Assembly: GCA_964653975.1 (NCBI GenBank)
Contig: CAZZIG010000129.1
Coordinates: 5,440-69,439 of the forward strand
Source: an uncultured Acidimicrobiaceae bacterium
Lineage (GTDB): Bacteria; Actinomycetota; Acidimicrobiia; Spongiisociales; ZC4RG35
Length of the DNA: 64,000 nucleotides
Direction of reading: 5' to 3'
Both the position numbers and the translations under genes were made by a program. The notes below the pieces were generated by a model. That model was not told the DNA's origin. It ran no database searches and saw nothing but the letters and a program-made list of their open reading frames with translations. Shown here piece by piece: positions 52,790 to 62,901 of the stretch (its first letter is position 1; every line of letters starts with the position of its first letter).

Positions 52790-53955
52790 CCATCGACCAT
52801 GAATCGGGCCAGGGCACGCGCCGAGTCGACCGCCTCGTCGAGTCTCACGAAGTCCTCGTCGGTGTGGGCCCTCGTGATGTCCCCGGGTCCGAACAGCACG
52901 GACGGAATCCCACGGCTGTTGACGTAGCCGGTGTCGCTGGCCGCCGATATTCGCAGAAGCTCGGGATGGCGTCCCGTCACTGCGGCGACCGCTGAGGACA
53001 GACCGGCCACGAGCGGGCTGTCGGGGTCGATTTCACTGGGGTACATGTAGTCACCGCCGAGGACCTCGATCTGGTAGGGCTCGAGGCCACCAAGCTCGTC
53101 TTCGAGCAGATGTTGGGCCCACTCCGGAGTGTCTCCGGGGAGGAGTCGCCAGTCGAGACGCAGCTCGGCTACAGCAGGAACGGTATGGGAGGCTCTGGGC
53201 CCGGTCTCGACCGCGACCGGAGTGATGCTCCGTGGTCCGAGCGTCGGGTCGGGAGGACCCGGATCGAGGGCGGCTACCCGATCCAGGACAGCCACGGCTC
53301 CGTCGATGGCGCTGACCCCGAGCCAGGGCGAACTTGAATGAGCCGCCTTGCCTTTGACTACGACCGTGAGATCGACGCGGCCCTTGTGGGCGACGACGAT
53401 GTCGTTGCCGGTGCAGACGACGAGGACGCTGGCCGACACGGCAGGCGCGAAGTGGTCGAGAGCACTGCGTATCGCGTCGTGACGGCCGGTTTCCCCCGAG
53501 GCGAGAGCGAGGAGGTAGAGATCTCGCCTCGGTGTCGCCCCTGAATCGATCACCGCTTTGAGAGCCGTCAGAGCCGCAGCGAGAGGGCCCTTCTGCTCAC
53601 CTGCACCGCGACCCATCATCACGCTGCCCTGCACTCCGAACTCCGAACCGTCGACGATCCGGGGCCGGAAAGGATCAGGCATGGCGCCCGCAGGGTGGGT
53701 CATGCCGAAACCCACAACCAGGAGTCCATCATCGGCCGCGTCCGTGCCCGTCAACCGTCCGCAGACATTGCCCATCGCGTCATATCCGACCTCGCCCATG
53801 CCAATGTCGTTCATGGCGGCACCGACCACATCGCGGAGGAAGAGACCCAACTGGGGATCCGACTCGGCCTGGTCGGTGAGGGGAGAAGGGAAGCTGAGAC
53901 TGCGCTCGAGGAAGTCTTGGAGAAAGCGACGATCGACGGTGGGCACTCTCATCAC
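52786..53955 (-). CDS. M20 family metallopeptidase (ArgE/DapE/ACY1-like deacylase)
   Basis: ...MTHPAG...GRGAGEQKGPLAA...SGETG...; about 390 aa with a dimerisation insert. Confidence 0.7.
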   Translation of the reverse strand: MMRVPTVDRRFLQDFLERSLSFPSPLTDQAESDPQLGLFLRDVVGAAMNDIGMGEVGYDAMGNVCGRLTGTDAADDGLLVVGFGMTHPAGAMPDPFRPRIVDGSEFGVQGSVMMGRGAGEQKGPLAAALTALKAVIDSGATPRRDLYLLALASGETGRHDAIRSALDHFAPAVSASVLVVCTGNDIVVAHKGRVDLTVVVKGKAAHSSSPWLGVSAIDGAVAVLDRVAALDPGPPDPTLGPRSITPVAVETGPRASHTVPAVAELRLDWRLLPGDTPEWAQHLLEDELGGLEPYQIEVLGGDYMYPSEIDPDSPLVAGLSSAVAAVTGRHPELLRISAASDTGYVNSRGIPSVLFGPGDITRAHTDEDFVRLDEAVDSARALARFMVDG

Positions 53956-54042
53956 GTCACATCATGGCCGGTTGGATCAGATGTCGCCTGATGGCCGCCC
54001 CAGGGCTGACCGATTTCTCGTTGCAACTAGCCTGACCGGCTT

Positions 54043-54864
54043 GTGGCTACCGAAAACACACCGGTCCGAGGCGAGCACTCCGAGCACTGGGCTCGACTCC
54101 TCGGGGGAGATGACTCGCATCTCAGCGTGCTGCAACGCACACTCAGCAAGCTGCCGTCGCCACCACGCTGCAAGCTGTGTATGGCGCCATTCACCGGTCC
54201 CTACGCACCTTTTCTGCGTGTCCTCGGTTTCAAACGGTGGGCGTTGAACCAGCAGATGTGCCGGGTCTGTGTCCGCGACCTGGAACGGCACAGCGGAGGC
54301 GCCGAGGTCCCGGTCTCGCTGGTCTATGTGGACGTGCGAGGCTCCACCGAGATCGCGGAGAGGATGTCGGCGAGCGAGTTCAGCGACGGGCTCCGGCGAT
54401 ACCTCTCTCTGGTCGGTGCCGCGGTCGACCAGGAGCACGGGGTCATCGACCACATGGCGGGTGACGGAGTGATGGCGATGTGGATCCCCGGTTTCGTCGG
54501 TCGACAACATCCGAAGCGGGCGGTCAAGGCGGCGATACAGATCGCCCGCTCGATCGAAGCTGCAGTCGACGCCGGTGAGGGATTCCCCGCTGGTGTCGGT
54601 GTCCATACCGGTGAGGCATATGTCGGCGTGGTCGGCGACACCGGTTCTCGCGACTTCACCGTGGTCGGCGACACGGCGAACACCACGGCCCGGCTCAGCG
54701 CCGCCGCGGAACCAGGGGAAGTGGTGTTGAGCGGCTCGGCTGTGGCCGCCACCGATGCCGACACCTCCACACTCGAGCGGCGCTCCCTGGTGTTGAAAGG
54801 CAAGGCGGAGCCGTTCGAGGCCTGGGTGTGGAAGGCATCCGACCCCGTTCCTCTCGAAGTCTGA
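54043..54864 (+). CDS. Class III adenylate/guanylate cyclase with an N-terminal double-CxxC (zinc-ribbon-like) segment
   Basis: CKLCMAPF...CRVCVRDL, then VSLVYVDVRGSTEI...DHMAGDGVMAMW...GVHTGEAYVGVVG...FTVVGDTANTTARL. Confidence 0.8.
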   Translation: MATENTPVRGEHSEHWARLLGGDDSHLSVLQRTLSKLPSPPRCKLCMAPFTGPYAPFLRVLGFKRWALNQQMCRVCVRDLERHSGGAEVPVSLVYVDVRGSTEIAERMSASEFSDGLRRYLSLVGAAVDQEHGVIDHMAGDGVMAMWIPGFVGRQHPKRAVKAAIQIARSIEAAVDAGEGFPAGVGVHTGEAYVGVVGDTGSRDFTVVGDTANTTARLSAAAEPGEVVLSGSAVAATDADTSTLERRSLVLKGKAEPFEAWVWKASDPVPLEV

Positions 54865-54900
54865 GCCCAACGCCGATCCAGAGAACCCGGCGGTCGTGCC

Positions 54901-55230
54901 CTACTTGGCGGGAAGACCCTCGGCGAAGGCGACTCCCTGAAGCACCCAGGCCCGGAGATCGCTCTCGGTGCCGAAACCCTCTTCGGCGACGCTGACCCAA
55001 CCTCTCATCGGACGGGAACCCATGTCGAAGGTCCGGGCACCCGCCCGGGCGACGGCTTGGTCGTGTTGGTCCTTGCCCACCCTGACCATCAACTCGCGGC
55101 CACTGACCCCCACCGCCATGTTGCCGTTGATCAGGAAGGCGATACCACCGAACATCTCCCGTTCGCTCACCCCCGGGTGGTCACCGACGACCGTTCTGAT
55201 CTCGTCGGCGAGTTGCTCGTCGTATGCCAT
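54901..55230 (-). CDS. TfoX/Sxy N-terminal domain family protein
   Basis: In-frame part of ORF 54901..55284. MAYDEQLADEIRTVVGDHPGVSEREMFGGIAFLINGNMAVGV... Confidence 0.7.
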   Translation of the reverse strand: MAYDEQLADEIRTVVGDHPGVSEREMFGGIAFLINGNMAVGVSGRELMVRVGKDQHDQAVARAGARTFDMGSRPMRGWVSVAEEGFGTESDLRAWVLQGVAFAEGLPAK

Positions 55231-55277
55231 GGGCCGCAACGTTAGGCCGGAGGCGTGGCGACGGCTGGGCGGCCCCT

Positions 55278-55919
55278 TCACCACGGGTGGACACGGCCGT
55301 CCCAGGTGAGAAAGCTGCCGTGGTCGGCGCTACGCAGGTTGTCGAGGACCTCTTTGATCCCTTCGACACTCTCGGAGATGGTCAGGGAGGCACTCCGACC
55401 ACCCATGTCCGTCTGCACCCACCCCGGGTGGATCACCGCTGCGATCGCGCCGAGATCACGCCAGCGACGGCTGCGACGGCGGAACTCGTCGTTGAGCATC
55501 GCCTTGGAGTCTCCGTAGTCGCCCAGACTCCCCGACCGGGCTCTCCTCGCTCCCATCTGTGAGGTCATGATGGCGACGACACCGTCATCGACCACCCGGC
55601 CCGACTCGAGCAGTGTCTCCACCACACGGATCGGCGCCTCGGCGTTGACTTCGATCAGCTCGGCCCTGGGGGCTCTCAGGACTCCGGCGTTGTGGATGAT
55701 CCGCTCGAAGGGCTCGTCGAGTTCGCCGATCAGTTCTTCGAGTTGGTCGTGGTCCCGGACATCGAGACGATGTGGCGTCACCCGGGAGTCGTCACGTGGG
55801 CTCGCACCATCGCGGGTGGTGGCGTGAACCCGCCAACCCTCGCGGAGATGGACGTCGACCAGACCGAGACCGATGCCCCTGCTGGCCCCGACGATGAGAA
55901 CGCTTCGCACCGCGGACAC
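55278..55919 (-). CDS. Short-chain dehydrogenase/reductase (SDR)
   Basis: VLIVGASRGIGLGL..., NAGV..., YGDSK (YxxxK). Start GTG 55919 or 55910, downstream of the preceding gene's stop. Confidence 0.75.
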   Translation of the reverse strand: MSAVRSVLIVGASRGIGLGLVDVHLREGWRVHATTRDGASPRDDSRVTPHRLDVRDHDQLEELIGELDEPFERIIHNAGVLRAPRAELIEVNAEAPIRVVETLLESGRVVDDGVVAIMTSQMGARRARSGSLGDYGDSKAMLNDEFRRRSRRWRDLGAIAAVIHPGWVQTDMGGRSASLTISESVEGIKEVLDNLRSADHGSFLTWDGRVHPW

Positions 55920-55950
55920 GGTATAGCGGCGACGGGGTCGGGTCTCCGAG

Positions 55951-57339
55951 CTAGGACCTGGCGCGGGCAATGGCGCCCGAGATGGCCTTCACAGCGACAT
56001 CGATGTCATCTTCGGTCGTAGACCAGTTGGAGATTGCTGCCCGGAGCAGACGTCTGCCCCGCCACGTGGTGGCCCCCATCCAAACCTGGCCGTCGTCCTG
56101 GATCATCCCCTCCACCTCGTTGGTGAAGTCGGTGTCACCCACAGAGATGAGCACCTGGTTCAACACCACGTCGTTGGGGATCTCGACACCGTCGATGGCG
56201 CTCACCTCTGCTGCCAGATATCTCGCCAACCGGCAGTTCCGCTCGATGAGCTCGGCGACACCCGACCGCCCGAAGGAGCGAAGCGCCGCCCAGGTGGCGA
56301 ATCCGCGCGCTCGCCGCGACGACTCGGGCACGAAGTCTCCACCGCCGAACTCCCGACCCGCCACCTGCCCGGTCAGGTAGTCGGCGGTGTAGGCCATGGC
56401 AGTGGCATGTATGTCGGGATGGGCGCAGAAGGCGTACCCGGAGTCGTAGGGCACGTTGAGCCATTTGTGCCCGTCGCATCCCCAGGAGTCGGCCCCCTCC
56501 AGCCCGTCGACCAGGTGGGTGTGCTCGGGGCTGGCCGCAGCCCACAGACCGAAAGCACCGTCGACGTGGAGCCAGGCACCGTGCTCCTTGGCGAGCGCCG
56601 AGATACCGGCCAGGTCGTCGAACGCACCCGTGTTCACGTTGCCGGCCTGGGCCACGACGATGGTCGGTGTGCCGGGGTGTCGTGCCAGCGCCGCAGCCAA
56701 CGAGTGGGTCTCCATCGCCCCGTTGTCGTCGGCGGGGACGATCTCGAGCGACCGCTCCCCGAACCCGAGGAGTCGCAGTGCCCGATCGACGGTGGCGTGT
56801 CTCTCCTCGCCGGCGACCACCCGGATGGGTGGTGCACCGAACAGACCATCCACGCCCACGTCCCAGCCTTGGTCGCTCAACACCTTCCAGCGAGCCGCCG
56901 CCAGACCGACGTTGTTGGCCGCCTGGGCACCGGTGACGAACCCGACCGATGCGGATCGGGGTATGCGGAGGAGATCCTTGAGCCAGGCCCCGGCCACGTC
57001 CTCGAAGGCGATGGCGGCAGGCGACACCGCCTCGTTGAAGCCCACCTGGTCCCAGCCACTGGTGAGGAGGTCGGCAGCGAGCGCCGCGTCGGTGGACCCG
57101 CCGATTACGAACCCGAAGTATCTTGGACCGGCCGAGGCCATGAGACCAGGAGTCGCCTGTTTCGCCAGCTCGGCGACGACCTCGGGCAAGGCGGCGCCAG
57201 CCTCGGGCAGCGGCATCATGAGGCTCTCGCGGACACCGGAACGGCTGGTGAGTGGCGTCACCCTCGAAGTGGCGAGACCTTCTCGGTAGTCGGCGATCTG
57301 GTCGGCGACATCGTGGAGTGTGGCGCGCAGTTGGTTCAT
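55951..57339 (-). CDS. PLP-dependent group II decarboxylase family protein
   Basis: ...FVTGAQAANNVGL..., HVDGAFG..., SWGCDGHKWLNVPYDSG (PLP lysine). Confidence 0.8.
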   Translation of the reverse strand: MNQLRATLHDVADQIADYREGLATSRVTPLTSRSGVRESLMMPLPEAGAALPEVVAELAKQATPGLMASAGPRYFGFVIGGSTDAALAADLLTSGWDQVGFNEAVSPAAIAFEDVAGAWLKDLLRIPRSASVGFVTGAQAANNVGLAAARWKVLSDQGWDVGVDGLFGAPPIRVVAGEERHATVDRALRLLGFGERSLEIVPADDNGAMETHSLAAALARHPGTPTIVVAQAGNVNTGAFDDLAGISALAKEHGAWLHVDGAFGLWAAASPEHTHLVDGLEGADSWGCDGHKWLNVPYDSGYAFCAHPDIHATAMAYTADYLTGQVAGREFGGGDFVPESSRRARGFATWAALRSFGRSGVAELIERNCRLARYLAAEVSAIDGVEIPNDVVLNQVLISVGDTDFTNEVEGMIQDDGQVWMGATTWRGRRLLRAAISNWSTTEDDIDVAVKAISGAIARARS

Positions 57340-57529
57340 GGACAGAAATTACTCACACTGCCGGTCGATGGATGACGGTCCGGCCCAAACGGCCGAGCCG
57401 AGACCCCCATCGCGTTCGTGCCTCGTGCTTGCGCGCCGCGCCCGGGTGGGCTGCCGGGAACAAGGTGGTGTCGTCCCGGGGCCGGTCCAACGAACCCATG
57501 GTCCGCCGTACCGCTACGTTGGCCCCGCA

Positions 57530-58825
57530 ATGGTCGACCCTCAGATACCGGTGGGGGCCCGAGGCCTCCGCTACCCGGGCAACTGGCCGGCGGTGCTCAA
57601 CCGAATGGTCTCCCTTGCGGTGGTACCCGGTGACGGACCCGATGCGATCCGAACCAAGAGACTCTTCACGACGGCGATGTGGGCCTCCCTGGTCACCTCG
57701 GTCAGCTCTGTCGCCCTCTTGATTCGAGACGACGCCCCCTGGGCTGCGGCGGCCACCGCCATCCCCTTCCTGATCGCGGCCATCTCGCTGACAGCCATGT
57801 GGCGAGACCCGGCCACCTACCCCGGAGTCATGCACCTCGTTGCCGGAGGCACCATCGCCACCTCGATGGGCATGATCGTGATGTTCGGGGGCATCTTCGA
57901 GTCGGCCGGCGCCGCCACCTGGAGCATGCTCGCGGTGTTCGGCGCCGTTGCGATCTTCAGCGACCCGAGAGCGCACTTCTGGCTCGTCGTCTACGGGGTC
58001 GGCGTCGGCGGCGCCGCCATCCTGGCGGCAGAGATCGATCCTCTCTACGAGGTGGCCAACCCCGAGTCGTTGGCCACTTTCAACCTCGTTGTGGTGAGCC
58101 TGTTCATCTATGTCATCCTGTACTACTTCGTCCGCAAGTCCGACGAGCTGTTCCAACAAGCCGACGGGTTGTTGCGCAACGTCCTTCCCGACGAGGTGGC
58201 GGAGCGGCTGAAGGTCTCCGGGGAGATGATCGCCGACGAGTTCGAGTCGGCGTCGATCCTCTTCGCCGACATATCCGGCTTCACGCCGATGGCTGCCAAA
58301 CTGGGCCCGGGCGAGGTGGTCACCCTGCTCAACGAGATCTTCACCGTCTTCGACGATCTCGTGGAGGATCTGGGACTGGAGAAGATAAAAACCATCGGCG
58401 ATGCCTACATGGTCGCCGCCGGGGTCCCCGTGCCCCGGGACGACCACGCCCGGGCGATGTGCGAGCTGGCACTACAGATGCAACACCATCTCCAGACCCA
58501 CAGCTTCGAGGGCCGTGCCATCGAGATGAGGATCGGCATCGCCTCCGGACCGGTCACTGCGGGGATCATCGGACGGAAGAAGTTCTCCTACGACCTCTGG
58601 GGTGACACCGTCAACATGGCGAGTCGGATGGAGAGCTCGGGGGTTCCCGGGCGGATCCAGCTCACCGGGGAAACCCGCGACCTGATCGACCCCTTCTTCA
58701 CCCTGGAGCCCCGGGGTTTGGTCGAGGTGAGTGGAATAGGTCAGCTGGAGACCTGGTTCCTGACCGGTGACGCGACCATTCCCGGAGACCCAACACAGGT
58801 GGTCGACAGCTCCGAGCTGGATTGA
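57530..58825 (+). CDS. Membrane-anchored class III adenylate/guanylate cyclase (6-TM N-terminus)
   Basis: In-frame part of ORF 57320..58825. TM region, then ASILFADISGFTPMA...KIKTIGDAYMVAAG...RIGIASGPVTAGIIG...YDLWGDTVNMASRMES. Start uncertain (ATG 57530 or 57605). Confidence 0.85.
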   Translation: MVDPQIPVGARGLRYPGNWPAVLNRMVSLAVVPGDGPDAIRTKRLFTTAMWASLVTSVSSVALLIRDDAPWAAAATAIPFLIAAISLTAMWRDPATYPGVMHLVAGGTIATSMGMIVMFGGIFESAGAATWSMLAVFGAVAIFSDPRAHFWLVVYGVGVGGAAILAAEIDPLYEVANPESLATFNLVVVSLFIYVILYYFVRKSDELFQQADGLLRNVLPDEVAERLKVSGEMIADEFESASILFADISGFTPMAAKLGPGEVVTLLNEIFTVFDDLVEDLGLEKIKTIGDAYMVAAGVPVPRDDHARAMCELALQMQHHLQTHSFEGRAIEMRIGIASGPVTAGIIGRKKFSYDLWGDTVNMASRMESSGVPGRIQLTGETRDLIDPFFTLEPRGLVEVSGIGQLETWFLTGDATIPGDPTQVVDSSELD

Positions 58826-58829
58826 GCGA

Positions 58830-61604
58830 TCACCCCATCGAGAGCAGGTCGAGCAGCTCCTCGCCGTAAGCCTCGAGTTTGGCGGGCCCGATTCCCGGGA
58901 CGCCGAGGAGCGCCTCGGTGGTCGAGGGGCGCAGCGCCGCCAGCACCTCGAGAGTCCGGTCGTTGAACACGACATAGGCAGGCACGCCCTGTTGCCTCGC
59001 CTGGTCTCGGCGCCAGTCTCTGAGACGGCCGACGAGATCGGGGTCGGCAGAGCCGCTCCCGGGAGCGAGCCGACCGATGGCACCCGCCTTGGTGACCCGC
59101 TCCCCCCAGGGGACCGCCATGGTGGCCCCGGTTTGGAGCCGGAGGATCACCCCTGTCGTGAGGATCTCGGAGACGGTGCCCCGGTATCCGCCGCTGATCT
59201 CGATCAGTTCACCCAAATTGACGTGGACACCGTCGACCGGTGGCGACGCCGATATCCGGTCTTCGCGCCGTGGTGGGGGCGCCGTCGGCACCGGAGCCGT
59301 TCCGTCGATCTCGGTGAGGAACCGGGAGGGCCGGTCCCTGTCGGCCAGGACCGTCACCGACGACCGACCTCTGGTGATGGCGACGTGGAACACCCGACGT
59401 TCCTCCTCGACGTCGTCGGCGAGCTCATGGGGCATGGCGCCCCGGTCGGCGCCGAACACGATGGCGTGATCCCATTCCAACCCTTTGACCCGGTGCACCG
59501 TGGACAGCATGACCCCTTCGGAGCCGGCAGGGGCCGACAGACTCCTGCGCAGCCACGGCTCGAACTCGACGGGTCCTGGCCCCAGGGCGGCGGCCCGTCG
59601 CAAAGCGGTGAGATCGTCGCCCTGGGCCGATCGGTCGGCGCGAGTGCGGCCGGCGTCGAGGGCCGCGGCAGCGCGGTCGAGCCCGATGACGTGGGTGAGC
59701 ACGTCGAGCAGACCCGGAGTAGTGGCGACAGCCTCCGCGGCGGTGACGATGTCGTCGCAGAATGCCTCCCAGCGTTCCCGTCTCCTCCCGTCGAGAGAGT
59801 CCCCCAACACGGCCAGATCGTCGACCCCAAACGGGCCACGTCGGCGTCCGATCATCTCGCCGAAGACACGGGTGATGCCACGGCCCGGACGTCGGATCAC
59901 TTCGAAGAGGTCGTTGCGGGTCATCGCCGAGGGGTCGAGCGCGATCCGTATCCAGGCCAGTGTCGCCCGCAGCAGAGTCCGCTCCAGAATGCTCACCGAG
60001 AGCAGGGAGTCGAAAGGGATCCCACGCTCCGAAAGGGCGATGCGGACCGGGAGCAGAGTCGAGTTGACCCGGGCCAGCACGGCGATCGAACCCGGTTCTG
60101 CACCGCCATCGACCAGTTCGGCCACCCTGTCGGCGGCCGCAATCGCCAGCTCGTCGCCGGGAGCCGTCTCCACTTGGAGACCGTTGCCCGGGTTGTGCGC
60201 ACTGATCTCCTTCTCGACCCTGCACAGGTTGTAGCCGACGAGATTGGAGGCTGCCTCGACCACGTCGGCGGGGCTCCGATAGTTGACCTCCAACGCATGT
60301 TCGCCGGCGCCGGGAAACAGACGGGCGAAGTCGATCAGATAGGCGGGGTCGGCGCCCGAGTAGCCATAGATCACCTGGTCGTCGTCCCCGACGCCGAACA
60401 CGGTCATCCCCGGCGAGGCGAGAAGACGCACCAACAGCAGGTAGGCGGGAGTGAGATCTTGGAACTCGTCTACCAGGAGATGACGGCACGACATCTGCCA
60501 CCTCACCCGAAGGTCGGGAAAGCGGCAGAGAGCCTCGATCGCCCCATAGATCTGTTCGGCATGGTCCGCCTCCCCGGAGCGTTCCAGACGATCCCGGTAG
60601 CGACGGAAGGTGTCGACGAACCCGGGTACGTCGTCCCGTCCCGCTTCCACCTCCTCGGGGTCGCGGAGCCCGATCCGAACTTCGTCGAGCGCCTCGACGT
60701 AGGGACCGATGACGTCGGTGTTGGCGCGGGGTGGGGCGGCAGTGATCGGCTCCAATCGTCGTCGCTGCTCCGCCTCGTCGATGAGACGTATCCCCGGCTT
60801 GGCCATCCTCAGGATCTCCCACCCGATGGAGTGGATGGTGCGGACGTTGAGCGCCTCGCCGTTGGGGAGACGGTCGACCATCTCCTGGGCGGCCCGTCGG
60901 TTGTAAGCGAGAGCGGTCACCAGCTCGGGCTCCACTTTGCGGTCCTCGATGAGGTGCCGGACCCGCCCGGTGAGAACCCGGGTCTTCCCCGAGCCGGCGG
61001 GGGCGATGACTCTCGCCGGGCCGACCAGGTGGGATACGGCGTCGAGTTGGTCGGGAGCCAGGTCAGCGGTGGGAGCAGTGACCGATGGAACGGGCGTCGC
61101 CATCCCCAGTTCCACCGACTCGTGGTGAACAACCATGAGCTCGAGGTCGAGCGACTGACGGGGGCCACCATCGATCCACATCGGGGTCCCGTCCCCCGAC
61201 ATCACGTCTGCTGGGCCATCGACGACCACATCGAGACGGGCAGCCGCCTTGTGGGCCCACCACCACACCGGAGGATCGGAGCGGGCGTCGTAGGAGTTGT
61301 GCCATATCACCTTGGTGAGCCGCTCCCGGAGAAAGCTGAACCTCCCGCCGAGTTCGTAGGGAGGGGCGTCGGTCGACTCCGGCCTGGTGATCTCCTCGGG
61401 GTCGGCCTCCAACACGAACACCCCGGGAACCCTCCTCACGTATCGCCGTTGCAGTTCGTCGACGGTCGACTCGAGACGGGCCGGGTCGGCGAGGAGTCTC
61501 TCGTCGATGACGAACCGTTGAGTCTCGGCCCACGGGTCGGGTGGGGTGGCTCCGGGGGAGACTACGACTGATCGCCCGAGTTTTGGTGGGCCGGGTGAGG
61601 TCAC
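58830..61604 (-). CDS. UvrD/Rep-family SF1 DNA helicase with a C-terminal HRDC domain (UvrD2-like)
   Basis: In-frame part of ORF 58830..62453. Walker A APAGSGKTRVL; LVDEFQDLTP; VHRVKGLEWD. C-terminal HRDC LRDWRRDQARQQGVPAYVVFNDRTLEVLAALRPSTTEALLGVPGIGPAKLEAYG. Start set to GTG 61604; upstream codons are antisense to the aminotransferase gene. Confidence 0.8.
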   Translation of the reverse strand: MTSPGPPKLGRSVVVSPGATPPDPWAETQRFVIDERLLADPARLESTVDELQRRYVRRVPGVFVLEADPEEITRPESTDAPPYELGGRFSFLRERLTKVIWHNSYDARSDPPVWWWAHKAAARLDVVVDGPADVMSGDGTPMWIDGGPRQSLDLELMVVHHESVELGMATPVPSVTAPTADLAPDQLDAVSHLVGPARVIAPAGSGKTRVLTGRVRHLIEDRKVEPELVTALAYNRRAAQEMVDRLPNGEALNVRTIHSIGWEILRMAKPGIRLIDEAEQRRRLEPITAAPPRANTDVIGPYVEALDEVRIGLRDPEEVEAGRDDVPGFVDTFRRYRDRLERSGEADHAEQIYGAIEALCRFPDLRVRWQMSCRHLLVDEFQDLTPAYLLLVRLLASPGMTVFGVGDDDQVIYGYSGADPAYLIDFARLFPGAGEHALEVNYRSPADVVEAASNLVGYNLCRVEKEISAHNPGNGLQVETAPGDELAIAAADRVAELVDGGAEPGSIAVLARVNSTLLPVRIALSERGIPFDSLLSVSILERTLLRATLAWIRIALDPSAMTRNDLFEVIRRPGRGITRVFGEMIGRRRGPFGVDDLAVLGDSLDGRRRERWEAFCDDIVTAAEAVATTPGLLDVLTHVIGLDRAAAALDAGRTRADRSAQGDDLTALRRAAALGPGPVEFEPWLRRSLSAPAGSEGVMLSTVHRVKGLEWDHAIVFGADRGAMPHELADDVEEERRVFHVAITRGRSSVTVLADRDRPSRFLTEIDGTAPVPTAPPPRREDRISASPPVDGVHVNLGELIEISGGYRGTVSEILTTGVILRLQTGATMAVPWGERVTKAGAIGRLAPGSGSADPDLVGRLRDWRRDQARQQGVPAYVVFNDRTLEVLAALRPSTTEALLGVPGIGPAKLEAYGEELLDLLSMG

Positions 61605-61715
61605 GAACCGCAGGCTAGGAGTGGGACGTGACAGTTCCCGAGGACATCCCGGTTTCGCTGCCGCGCGCCCGGCTCGAACCGGGCATCCGGGGTCCACCGC
61701 TAACGTGCTCGTCTC

Positions 61716-62876
61716 ATGTCCACGGCACGAATCACCTCGATAACCAAGGCCAACGAGCCACTGCTCTCCTATCTCCCGATCTGGGAGGAACATCGTGGTC
61801 GCCCCGACGTTGCCGACTTCGCCTTCGGGAATCCCCAGGAGATGGTGATCGACGGCTTCGTATCCGCGCTGTCCACGGCGATCGAGCCCCGTGACAAGAG
61901 CCACTACGCCTACAAATTCTCCGAGGAGGAATCGCGCCGCGAGGTCGCCCGCTACCTGACCGAGTGGCGGGGCCAGCCCTTCCAGCCCGAGGACATCGCC
62001 ATGACCCCGGGCGCTTTCGGAGCCATCGCCACCGCGCTCGACACCGTGGTCGACATCGGCGACGAGGTGCTCTACTCGGATCCGCCCTGGTTCTTCTACG
62101 AGTCGATGATTCTCTCGGCAGGAGCGACCCCGGTGAGCGTCCCGGTGAGGGCCGACGACCACGATCTCGACCTCGACCGGTTCGCCGCGGCGATCACGGA
62201 GAAGACCCGGCTGGTGATCGTCAACACTCCTCACAACCCGACGGGGCGCATCTACCCACCGGACACTCTGCGTGGTCTCGCCGAGATCCTGACCGATGCC
62301 TCGCGGAGGTTTGGCGCACCGATCTTCCTGCTCTCCGACGAGCCCTACTCGAGACTCGTGTTCAGCGACGCCCGATTCACCAGCCCCGCCGAGCACTACC
62401 CGTACACCATGGTCTCGTACAGCTACGGCAAGATCCTGCTCACGCCGGGGCAACGCATCGGCTGGCTGGCGCTCTCCCCCGACATGCCCGAAAGGGAGAG
62501 CCTGCGCTCTGACATCTTCATGGCTCAGGTGGCAGGCGGGTGGCTGTTCCCCAGCGCCGTGATGCAGTATTCGCTCCCCGAGCTACACCGGCTCTCCATC
62601 GATCTCTCCGAACTGGAGCGGAAACGCGATCTCATGGTCACCTCACTCGGTGACGCCGGGTACGAGCTCCGTTCCCCTCAGGGCACTTTCTATCTGTGGG
62701 TGCGCTCGCCCGACCCCGACGACGCCGGATACGCCTCACGTCTCGCCAAGCGTGGTGTCCTCGTGTTGCCGGGCGCGACATGTGCCGCCCCCGGGCACTT
62801 CCGCATCACCCTCACCGGGGGGTTCGACATGCTGGAGCGGACTCTTCCCATCTTCCGAGAGGCGCTCGCTGGCTGA
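61716..62876 (+). CDS. Class I/II PLP-dependent aminotransferase
   Basis: ...IVNTPHNPTG..., LLSDEPYSRL..., SYSYGKILL (PLP lysine), R near the C-terminus (GHFRITL). Confidence 0.85.
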   Translation: MSTARITSITKANEPLLSYLPIWEEHRGRPDVADFAFGNPQEMVIDGFVSALSTAIEPRDKSHYAYKFSEEESRREVARYLTEWRGQPFQPEDIAMTPGAFGAIATALDTVVDIGDEVLYSDPPWFFYESMILSAGATPVSVPVRADDHDLDLDRFAAAITEKTRLVIVNTPHNPTGRIYPPDTLRGLAEILTDASRRFGAPIFLLSDEPYSRLVFSDARFTSPAEHYPYTMVSYSYGKILLTPGQRIGWLALSPDMPERESLRSDIFMAQVAGGWLFPSAVMQYSLPELHRLSIDLSELERKRDLMVTSLGDAGYELRSPQGTFYLWVRSPDPDDAGYASRLAKRGVLVLPGATCAAPGHFRITLTGGFDMLERTLPIFREALAG

Positions 62877-62901
62877 GACGCCGGCTGCCTAACCTGGCCG
62901 G

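Noticed and set aside
61605-62453. The N-terminal 283 codons of the 1207-aa minus-strand ORF (helicase).
   Set aside because: This part is antisense to the aminotransferase gene (61716-62876) and is Arg/Gly/Val-rich without helicase motifs. The helicase start was trimmed to GTG 61604.
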